Positions 24,102 to 59,545 of a stretch of DNA of 64,000 nt are shown here, piece by piece (the stretch's first letter is position 1; the number at the start of each line of letters is the position of its first letter). This DNA comes from Podarcis cretensis. Its lineage: Eukaryota. The notes under the pieces are model-generated. The model did not search any database and was not told the DNA's origin. It saw only the letters and a list, made by a program, of their open reading frames with translations. The stretch is taken from NCBI GenBank assembly GCA_951804945.1, contig OX638165.1, positions 40,796,001-40,860,000 of the forward strand, given 5' to 3'. Position numbers and translations under genes: made by a program.

Positions 24102-24649
24102 TACTTTTCAGTACCGCAAAAAATACGGTACTTTTCTGGCATTCAGAAGTCTAAAGTCAGGGAGGCTGAGCATAAAAAAACAGTATAACCAGGTGTTTAT
24201 AGGATACAAAGCATATGTTTTACCTGTTATTAAAAAAGCCCTGGGGAATGGGCCACCTAGAAATTTAATTAAGTAATTTATTATCTTCTTATGCACAAAG
24301 ATTGGCGGGGAAGATCCACTGAGGATGTTGTGTTGGAAACAATGGTAGCTGGTGCATGTTAGAATCAAGAGGGCAGAAGGCAGGCAACCCAAATGGTAGG
24401 TGGAGCCAGAGCCAATGAAAGACAGAGTCAACTATGTGCACCTTGCAGCTTGGGTGAATTGGATTGAAAAGATCACTTACAGTTTATGGAGGTCAAAGGC
24501 TTTATTCATGCAGGAACTATTTACAGGATGAGTGACAGACCAGGCCCACTGGTGAGGCACCTGCCTTGAGCAGAGGAAGCAAGGTGAGGTACCTGCCTCT
24601 GCCACCCTCCCCACTGCCTCTACTGCCAGTAGTGGCACCAGTTGCTGGA

Positions 24650-24830
24650 GATAGATAGATAGATAATACTTTATTCGGCTATAAGCCCACAAGGTAAAAC
24701 AAATCAATAAATAAAATAGCATTTTACATTCTAAAATATCAACTAAAATATTTCAACGCATAATCTCCTTCACATTACTTACAATCTCTAGATGTACCGT
24801 ATTATGGCCTTGAAGATAAAGATGGTGCAT
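24650..24830 (-). mobile_element. Probable RTE-X-like LINE 3' end with (TATC)n tail
   Basis: Minus strand GGCTTATAGCCG-AATAAA-GTAT(TATC)n; the 5' limit is uncertain. Confidence 0.45.
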
Positions 24831-26056
24831 AGAGTTTACTAGATTTTTAATAGTCATGCAGCATTCCATGAAGTCTTTTATATGAAAGAACTGAAATCAG
24901 GAGAGATCTTTCAATATCTAGCTGGAAGCCAGTGTCACTGCTAGTGTTTCACAACTGTTTCTGTGCAGCACAGTTAAGACAGGTATGGTGGCAGGGCGGC
25001 AGTGAAGGGTGATGATAGCAGAGGGCACCAGCATGTTCCCATTTGACTTAAAGTGGTGAAACAGAATGTGCTGCCCCTGCTAAGTGAAGATAAGAAGAAG
25101 AAAATAGTAGACATGTTGTCTCAACAAGTTGGGAGAGAACAATACACAAAAGGGCCCAGCCTTTTAGGGGTGGAGTTAACTTAGAGAGGCTACAAGCAAG
25201 TGCTGGCTAAAATCCAGGAGAGCCATCATAAACAATATGGCCGTAAAAGTCTAGGATCCAATCTTAGGCCTTGCCTGAGGCAGGATCCTGTTATGCTACT
25301 GTGATGACCATTCTCAATGCCTCTATTTATTCTCTGTTCACACAAGGCGTGAAGTATCTAGATTGGGAGCCTCAATATTAAAGAATTCCTGCTGTGTGGC
25401 TCCTTTTAAGCAGACTGTCCAAAAGGTTGCCAATGGTATTCTCCTCTCTGAAATGAACATTTAAATCCAAGGAAGAGGAGAGAAAGATGAAGCTATTTGC
25501 AATTAAGAATTAGCGTCAGCCAAATGACCTCTAAATTTGATCCCTTTCCATGGAACAACAATACCATAATAAGGAAAACTGCAAGTCAAGGTGGGGGATA
25601 GTGTTCAACATTTCAATGCCTCTATGGCTACTGAATTGCAAAACACCAACTTAACTTTGCAGTATGTTTAGAGGAGGGAATGTTTTGGGAACGCTTTATT
25701 CCCACTCCATATCCATTTGCTGCTCTCTCTGCCAAGGATTATCATTGACAATGACAACAATGGTGAGAATCACCTCAGATTATTTAGCTTACTTCTTAGC
25801 TGCAAGGGCCAGGAAGATTTGATCCTTTAACCTCTAACTGTGATAATTGGCAGCAATGAAAAGGACAAGAAAAATACAAATGTAGTTGGGTGTATGTGCA
25901 AAACTATGCGCATTGAGGCAAAAATAAAAATGACGTCTATGACAATGGGGGTCTGAGCAGGCAGGTTCTCACTGAGCACAAAAGGGATTGTGGGGTCAGG
26001 GTAGGCAGGTCAATAAAAATGTTGAGCCAGTGTGCGGCAGCTGTGGAAAAAGGCAA

Positions 26057-26702
26057 CAACAACAACAATCTTTATTACGGTCCAGAGACCCAACAAAACA
26101 TTACAAATCAATACACAGTTCATACAGCCTACCTCCAGGTTAATTAAGGATTTTGTTTAGAATATAGGGCTCATTTGTTCTTGCAACCACCGATAAAAAC
26201 TTTGCCACTGCCAACGTTCTAGCTTTTGTCCGGTCTTCCAGTAGGAACCTGACATAGTGAGCCTCTGATTTTCCTGTGAAAGGCAGCAGCAAGGGTAGTA
26301 TCAGTTCAGCCCTGGCCTGCTCATACTTCACACAATGCAACAAAATATGATTTATGGAATTGATGTCTTGAGCACACGAGCAAAGTCTGTCCTGGTAGGG
26401 AACTCCTCTCAACCTACCATCCAGCACTGCAGGGGGGAAGACATTTAGTCTGGCTTTAGTGAAAAGCCTTCGATAGTTAGGCACTGTCAGGTTTTTGATG
26501 TAAGATGTTAACTCAAAGACATACCCATATTGAACTCCTGCTGCCAGCGGACTACAGACTGTGTGTGACCGAGATCGCAAGTCACTGTGTGCATTGTCCC
26601 ATAATCTTTGCTTTAAAACCTTTTGGGCACCTTCATAACCCAGGTAATACAGTTGGGGGGGGGGGAGACAGACCAATAGAGGTGTCTTTTTTAGCCATGG
26701 TT
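26057..26702 (-). mobile_element. 5'-truncated RTE-X-like LINE nested in a CR1 fragment
   Basis: ORF with RRLFTKARLN..DGR..RLCSC..HILLHC, homologous to the 5343-6245 ORF; AATAAA+(TTG)n tail; 13-bp TSD TGGAAAAAGGCAA. Confidence 0.85.
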
Positions 26703-26900
26703 TGGAAAAAGGCAAATTCCATGCCAGGGATCATTAGGAAAGGGATGAAAAATGCATCTGCCAATGTTGCAGTGCCAAGACTAATGCAATCACACTTGAA
26801 ATACTATGTACAGTTCTGATCGCTGCACCTTAAAGAGGATATTTCAGAACTGGGAAAGGTAGAAAGGGGTCTCTAAAATGGCTGAAGGTCTGAAGCAAAT
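26703..26900 (+). mobile_element. CR1 LINE ORF2 fragment (left part at ~26020-26056)
   Basis: KKANSMPGII.KG...HLKYYVQF..LHLKEDI.ELGKV, a CR1 ORF2 C-terminal pattern. Confidence 0.75.
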
Positions 26901-29792
26901 CTCCAATGGCGAAACAGGGTGGAGATAAAATCACTAGGAAGCTGATTGTAAGGATTAGACAATATATGTGTGAATTGCTTTGAACAATCTGGTATGCCTT
27001 ATATATTCTACGTGGGGGGTATTGGTTTTGTTTGTTATTGTGTTATGTTTATTTGTGTTTAATATTCTAAACTGCCCTGTGATCCTTGGGTGAAGAATGG
27101 TATAGAAATTTAATAAATAAGCATAATACAACTTAACGTGGGTTGAACAAGGTAACTACTAGGTGGATTTGTAGCTGGTTGACTGACTGAACCCAAAGAG
27201 TGCCTGTCTTTATCCTGCTCTTCCCCTCCTTGCAATGCTGTGTCTTTCCTCCCTGCTGTCCAGAGCCTTGAGCTGTGGGGCCACCAGCTGATCCATGAGG
27301 GGCATCTTCACTTGCACACCACCCAGAGGAGGACTGTGGGTCAGTGACTGGCCAAAGCCAGCCCTCTTGGTGGGGAGGGGGATGCGCTTCCTTTGAACAG
27401 GAATCAAAGTGGGGAGGGGCTGTGGCTTAATGGAGAGTGGACGAGAGGGAGCTGGATGTGCCAAGGGAAGGGAAGCCAGGAAACAAGACCATCTCTCTCT
27501 CAGGCCTGCTCTTCACGGACCTGGTGGTGCTTCTGGAATGCCTCGGGGAGGGGGCACAGAGCTCCTCCTTCAGCCCCATCCTCCCTCTGAATGAGGTCCT
27601 CCTCTGTCCCACGGCCACAGATAAGAAGGGAAGCCACACAACCATGTTCCTCCTCGTTTAAAGGTGCAAAGCTGCACAGGCCAGCCCTGCTGTGTGGATG
27701 TTTCTTCCATCTTGTCTCTGTTCTCTGCATTGCTGTACCTGGGCCCACACTCCTGGTGTGTGTGTGTATAATTCTTAACTACCTCCCCTTCACTCACAGG
27801 TCCCAGGCATGGGCAGAGAAAGGGGGGTGCGGGGGGTGCGGTCTGCTCCAGGTGCCATCCTGGGCGGGGACATCGCCCCCCCCCATGCTCACTGCGCCCC
27901 CCATACGCTCGCTGCGGGCAGTGGGAGGCTAGCAGCATCCCCAACACTCACCACACGGGCGGGAGGCAGCTAGGGAGCTCGCTGTGTGGGCTGCTAGCCC
28001 TGTCCCCAGTCCACTCCGGTTGCTGGAGCAGGTAGCTCTGCCTCTGCTCCCAGGTTGGGTTACAGCAATGCAATTACTTTAAAACAACCTACTAGCACAG
28101 AAATAGGATGCATAGTTTATGAAACACCTCAAAGACACACACTCAAATTTCTTTCGCATTTCTTCCTCTTTTTGTGACATTTATATGATGCTTTTGGGTG
28201 GTCTTTGGCTAATGGGTTGGGCAATTTCTAAAGCCGTTAAAGTATGTTACACACCCGCAGCGGTGGCAGGGACTCTATTGCAGCAGAAAAAAATAGTATC
28301 TGCCTTGCTTTGACTGCTTCCTGCCTCCATCAATTCTTCTCTGACTAATAAGAGGGGTAGAAAGCTATGCATGGTGTGAGTTTTCCTCCAATTTGCATAA
28401 TACTAGAATCCAGGGTCACAGAGTTCTACAGTGTTAACAACAGATCCATTTAAAGCACCCAACAAGGTGGATGTACAGGTTACAGAGGCAATTATTAAAA
28501 CTAACAAAGCAAGTCTTGGTCAAACAGTTAAAATACAGCTGCCAAAAAAAAAAAAAAGAATTCCTTGATTCATGTGGGTACAAATAATACTGCCACACAC
28601 AGCCTGCAACGCACAGCAAGGGACCATGAGACCCTGGGCAGGGAGCTGAAGGGACTTGGGCCACAGGTGGTTTTTTCACCACTTCTTCCTGTTGAAGGTC
28701 GTAGCCCAGGAAGACAGAGGAAAATACTCTGATGTCTTTAAATCATGGAGATTTGAGTGGGTAGAACTCATACAATTATTTTGTGTGAGCTCTACCATGA
28801 AGCCAGTGGCTGGTGCCCATTGGACTGGTAGGGCAGAATGTAGGGATCCCTACATCCCTGATGAGGGCAACACTGAGGAGGAAGTTGACAAGGAGTGACA
28901 TCCCCCTGGAGCAAATATAAGAAAGGAGGCAGGCAGAAGATTGGTGGGGCATTGCCCCCATTCACCCTGCGGGGCCAGACTCCACTACACAAAGCACTTT
29001 ACAGGTCAAGTACTCTCACTTGGGAAGATGATTATTTCACCACACAGAAAACTTCCTGTGCTTTAAATTTTTTAACGTCTTGTGTATGAACAGTTGTACA
29101 CCCTTTAGAAAATTAAATAAATATAAATAAATCAGTTGGGACACAAGATGGTTTGTCTCACTTTTTTTATACAAACAATGGAAAACATTTTTTGTTTTGT
29201 TTTGAAAAAGGTGATTATATAGAGGTTGTCTTCTAACACACACTCTCTACCCCAGTCATGCCACACTCCAAGAGGAACGCTATGTAGTTCTAAGAGGAAG
29301 AAGTGTTGCCTTGGCATTGCTAGGAAATCGTGCGCAAATAATGCCACAAACTTAAAAGTGTGAAGAGCTTGGAAGGAAATCTCACTGGAACCGATGTCAC
29401 AGACCCAAAGCAGCAGCACCCAAGGGATTGGGCCCGTGTTAAGTGGCATTCTCTTTCCTTTGAATAACGTGTGCCCAGGCCATCTCACAAATGGGTTTTG
29501 AAATCTTCTTCAACTTCAGAGGGCATTTTCTGTGCAACGTTCCGTTCTAACAAGCCCAATTCAAAAGCTTCCTTCTTTGGTTCTTTGGATCCCAGACAGT
29601 GCAATGTGCTTTTATTCCTGAGAGCCAGCCAATCCACACATTACATAGAATGAAAAGCAGAATCCTGGACTCTCCCACCTGAGCCTGTGGTTGGGATTTC
29701 ATAGCTCTGAATATTCTCCCATGTAAGAAAAGCTCCCTAAAATGGGAACTGGGCTCGACTTAAAAAGAAAAGAAAAGCACTCTCTCAAAGGG

Positions 29793-29928
29793 CAGTGATG
29801 GCCAAACTTGGCCCTCCAGCTGTTTTGGGGCTACAACTCCCATCATCCCTAGCTAACAGGACCAGTGGTCAGGGATGATGAGAATTGTAGTCCCAAAGCA
29901 GCTGGAGGGCCAAGTTTGGCCATCACTG
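29793..29928. mobile_element. Well-preserved palindromic hAT-like MITE
   Basis: 30-bp perfect TIR CAGTGATGGCCAAACTTGGCCCTCCAGCTG. Confidence 0.88.
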
Positions 29929-30409
29929 TCCTAGAGGATAGAGCTCTCAGTGGCTCCCAGCCACAACGGCTACATGCCACCTACAGGATCAGAGGCAGAC
30001 TGGCTCTGAAGGCTGGGAATCTCAGGTGGGGAGAGTCCTGCTCCACTCAGGCCCTGCTGGCCCGTTTCCCACTGTGGAACCTGGTTGGCCACTGAGAGAA
30101 CAGGCTGGTGGGATGGATGGGTTACTGGCCTGATCCAACAGGCTGGTCTCTCTCTTTCTGAGGTGCTAGTTCAGTATATAAAAGGAGCAGACATTTTTTG
30201 CTTTAGTATGCAGGGAACATTAAAAATGCACACTCTCCAATAGTTTGAAGCAGTGAAGTCCAGAATCCCACCACCTTACTCTGCATCATGTGCAGGACAG
30301 GCTCTCAGTAAACGTGTTTAGAATTAGCTTACAAGGAAGCTTGCGTGTTCCTAAGCCAGGACTAAACGCATATCCAAACAAACACACAAACTATGTATCA
30401 TAGAATAAG

Positions 30410-30415
30410 TTTATT
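30410..30415 (-). terminator. ATP2A2 distal (SERCA2a) polyadenylation signal
   Basis: AATAAA on the minus strand with downstream TTTGTGTGTTTGTTTGG GU-rich element. Confidence 0.8.
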
Positions 30416-31261
30416 TTACCCGAAACCAGGATGGCAGGTGTGATGCTTGTCACCATCAGCATTGAATCAGACAATGTTATTTACAACTTCTAACAAAGAA
30501 AAAAGGTCACACATGCTGTTTTATGAACTAGGTTCATTATTAGGCTTTTGTTGTTAAGATAAAATGCACCACAACATGTGTATTGCACCGGTGTGTGTCT
30601 ACGGCTTTAGATTTAAATAAGTTACATTATTACAGTGCAAAATAGACCTATCTGCACACTCCAAGATATATTTTTTTTTAAGCTGAAGTTATGGAATTGA
30701 AGGTTTAACAGTTTCTTAAACGTTCAGCAACAGTACCGTTGTCAACGAACCTGTATAAATAGAATTGCATATTGTACAGAGCTGTTTTTAAGTGGTATGT
30801 TGAGATACAATAGAGATTATCAGCTACTTACAACTGAAAGCATGCATTACAGTCCAATATTGTACATTTTATAAACTATGACATTTTACACAACGAAGTA
30901 TGGAAAGAAAAAGAAAAAAGATAAAACTTGGCGAATCACCACTCATTAATTCTTGTTCAGCAGTTTAGGGAGACTTGTCTTCATGCAACCCCAAAACTTC
31001 TTCGCAGAGGTCTGTTTTATCAGTTAAAAACCATATTGCACATTGGTAGATCTGTATATAAACTGAAGCTTTTTAAGAGCACCACACACTTCCTTCGTGG
31101 AACACGAGTTTTCAGTTCTATTTTTTTCTCCCTCCTTAAGGAGAGATTTTTATTTTCCCATTTACAAGACTCATGCAGATGTTTTCGGTAGATGCGTTCC
31201 TAAAGACGCATGCAAGAAAATTAACCTTACAATTCTGCAAAATTTGTCTAGGACTAAGTGA

Positions 31262-56127
<24,866 letters not shown>

Positions 56128-59100
56128 TTAAGAGGAGAGTATTTGAGTTTGATCAGACGTTAAAGAATGCAAATATTTTTCAAGTAGTACTAGAACAAGC
56201 ATACATCAACCATATATTTATTCAAAATATCTCACTTCACTTTTGAAATGAGGGAAGCTAATCCATTTTTCAGAGCTTCCCACAATTAGAAATTCCATAA
56301 CCTATTTTGGAAATGTATCTCATTGCCCAAGTGTTTATAGGAACATTTTGCTATGTGCAATTTCTCCTCATGTAGTTTAAACCCTGTTACCTTTAATGAA
56401 GTATCTATTTTGGTTAACATCATTATTGTACATTCTCAGAGAATTCTCCATCTGCCCATTAAGATGTTGACAATTGGGAGAATCCATACTATTTGACTGG
56501 TTTTGAACAGTCAATAGGACTTGGGATTTCTCAAATATCAGTGCAAACCACTTTTGAACCTGGTAATATTTTAAAGAGTGTGCACTATGATATGGGTGTC
56601 TGATGTTCCCCCTAGGACCTCAGTCTTTGAGTTTGACCAGCTTAGCTCTTTGATGTTGGACAGGAAATTGCCATATCCAACATCTTTTGCACTAGCCTAC
56701 ATTTCATCTAATAAGCATTTCTAAAGTAGCACACACACACACATACACGAAGGAAGAACTAATAAAACGCTATTTTGCCAACACATGACAAAAACCCTAA
56801 AACAGGGTACTGAAAATACTTGCATCATCAGCCAGTAATTACTAATCCTGCCAGAATATGTGGACTTGTTACACAATAGTCCCTCTAGTTTTACTGTAGG
56901 GATGCACAGACTAAATGCTAATTCCTACAGGAACTGCTTATGCAACTGGCAGCAATCATGCATGAGGGAGAGAATGACGCTGTGAGGAAGTTAGGTCTGC
57001 CACTTCTATGTGCTAGGTCATTGATGTACAAACACCATACCAGAGGATTAAGCACATATTATTTGTAGCTTTATACTCTTTTAGAAAAACAATTTCTGCA
57101 ACATTTCTCACAAGGTTAAAATTATAGTGTTCTCTTGGGCAGAGTCTTAGGTAGGTAACTAACACTACTCTCTATTTAGAATAAAGAGGCCAATAAGCCC
57201 GCTAGACTTTTTCTTTTCTGCTCTGTCATTACAACATGAAAACCAAATTCACTGTGCCCTTCAGCAGTGAAGAGAAAATAGTACAAAACAATGACCAAGG
57301 CCAAAAATGGGCAAACTATTTGAATGCAGTCCCCTGGTGTTGTGACGAGGTTTATATGTAGAAACATGAGAGCAGCTGCTTTTTCATCTATCACAATTCC
57401 ACCAAACAGCAGGCTAAGACTCAGCACAATGCAGGAGAAAGTTCATCAATCTGTAAGGGCACACACGGTTGCTGGGCTTTCAACAGCTGAGCATCTCAAA
57501 TGTACTGCCCCACTTGGCAAAGGCATATTAAAATAATGCATCTCTTTGCTGAAATGTATATAGATCAGCCTACACACAACTGCTAAAAATGGTTGTAAGG
57601 ACTACTGGAAGAAAGCACTGAAATATTATTCTAACAAACTTTGCTTTCAACACAGCCAAGTGAACACCACAGCTCATTGCCTTTCAGCAGAGTCTTTAGA
57701 AAAAGCACCACTATTTATTTATTTGTTCCTCAACAGCATGTTCTGAAATCTTATTAACAATTCTTCCGTAAAAGTTATGACAGTCAAACGTTGATGAGCC
57801 CAAATAAGAACAAAATTATTGTGGCTCCAGTAAATTCCCTGTACAAAATGTATACTTCTTCCCAGTAATTGCGGCCAATTGTTTTAAGCAGCAAGGATAG
57901 CAACCAAGCTGAAGTTTCATTGTTCTGAAGTTTGCTTAACTATCCAAAGTGAACAATTAAGTTCGGGTAGCACATAGAGAGACACAGTGACCGTTCTAAT
58001 GCCAAAGTACAGGACAAAAGTTTGACATTCCAGTAACCGGGGGAGGGGCCTATTTTGCAATCTTATTTCCCACACTTCAAAGTCTAGCACCTTCCCAGAG
58101 TTCTGTACAATCTAAACAATCTGTACAATCATAAGGAAGAAAAAAATGGGTTAATAAATATTTCTAAACTTTGTCTTACCCCCTAACTTAAGATACACTA
58201 CTGGCATGTGACAGCATTCTATTCTCCTGATTGCATAAAGTGAAAGCAAACCTTTGAACACAGCAAAATATGAACTAAGCATCTATTTAATTTATAGATT
58301 TTTGCCTCAGCCATATATGCTAATGTAGGTTTATATTCCCATTATATGAATTACTCATCCAGTCACACACTGCCCCCCTCCCATGCAGTTTACTGGATGG
58401 AGCCTTGAGCATGTCATTCTTGCTCAAATGTACCCACTTCCCACACAGTGATGTGGTTTTCCCGAAAAATGCTATGCAAATTAGAAAATATTACATCAGT
58501 TTGCATTGGAAAATGTTATGGTGCCCTACAGAATGCTCTTATTTGCCACAATTATTTTACTTGTATTTGGTACATAGATACATGTTACTTGTATGCTGCC
58601 TTTCCATAATTCAAGCCATGCTCAAGACTGCCTACAACATGAAATAAATACATAATTAATTAATGGTAAAGGGACCCCTGACCATTACAAGATAACAAAA
58701 GTAGTAAGAGATGCTAACAACCTTGAAACTGCCAAGCTAGCCTAACAAATATATTCATAATAGGCATCAGTTCATTGTTACTATTGAACTTATGAAATGG
58801 GAAAGGTTCTGTTTTGGAAAATTGTCCATACCACATCACTGGTTCAGAGCAAGAAAGATAATGGTACCAGTAAAAACTTGAATAAAGGGAATCCAGAGAG
58901 AGAAACTTGCTAAATACATATATTACTTTTGGACTACACACACCATAAACAGTTGAACAGTGTCTGTCCAAATAAAAAGTAACAGTGGTGATGGAAAGGG
59001 GATGATAGGAGAGATGGCACGAAACAATATCCAGTTTTTACTAGGGAAAATGGCTCTTTCATAACACAAATTGGCTTAACTTTAGTGAGAGGTTTCTCCA

Positions 59101-59509
59101 GAAGGAGAATTTCAGATGAACTGCTGAGTGTTCTCAAATTTGTTCTTTCAATCACTTCTATATAGATACTGGACTTTATAGACATGCATCATTTCATGAC
59201 ACAGCAATTCAGTTTTAATAGCAAACCGGAGGTTAAACTAACCCCTTTCCAGCACAGGAAGGAGCACGGTGAGCATTTGCGCAACACACCTACAGACTGC
59301 AGCTGACACACTAACATGTCGCAACACAGTTTGGAAAGCTCCACTGTAGTCTTTTTGTCATATGTTGAAGACTTCCCCTTTCAAAAAGCTTTCCAAAGTG
59401 GAGACTTTTATCTCAATCAGTATTTGCATGGGATTTAAAATTCTACATATGTTTCTACTGTATTGCAAAATCACTTTTGAGATTCTCTGTGGAAAGAATT
59501 GCATAGATT

Positions 59510-59545
59510 ATCGCTTCTCGGCCTTTTGGCTAAGATCAAGTGTGT
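59510..59545 (+). pseudogene. 3'-truncated U2 snRNA retropseudogene
   Basis: ATCGCTTCTCGGCCTTTTGGCTAAGATCAAGTGT equals U2 nt 1-34; TSD AATTGCATAGATT (59497-59509, 59546-59558). Confidence 0.92.

Noticed and set aside
27210-27947. Cluster of overlapping 60-125 aa ORFs, checked for a SERCA-regulating micropeptide (PLN/SLN/DWORF-like)
   Set aside because: No ORF has a clean single transmembrane helix or regulin-like motif; the ORF density is explained by GC content.
58661-58687. TAATGGT...ACCATTA mini-hairpin
   Set aside because: Explained as a ~23-bp reverse-oriented Sauria SINE tail remnant.
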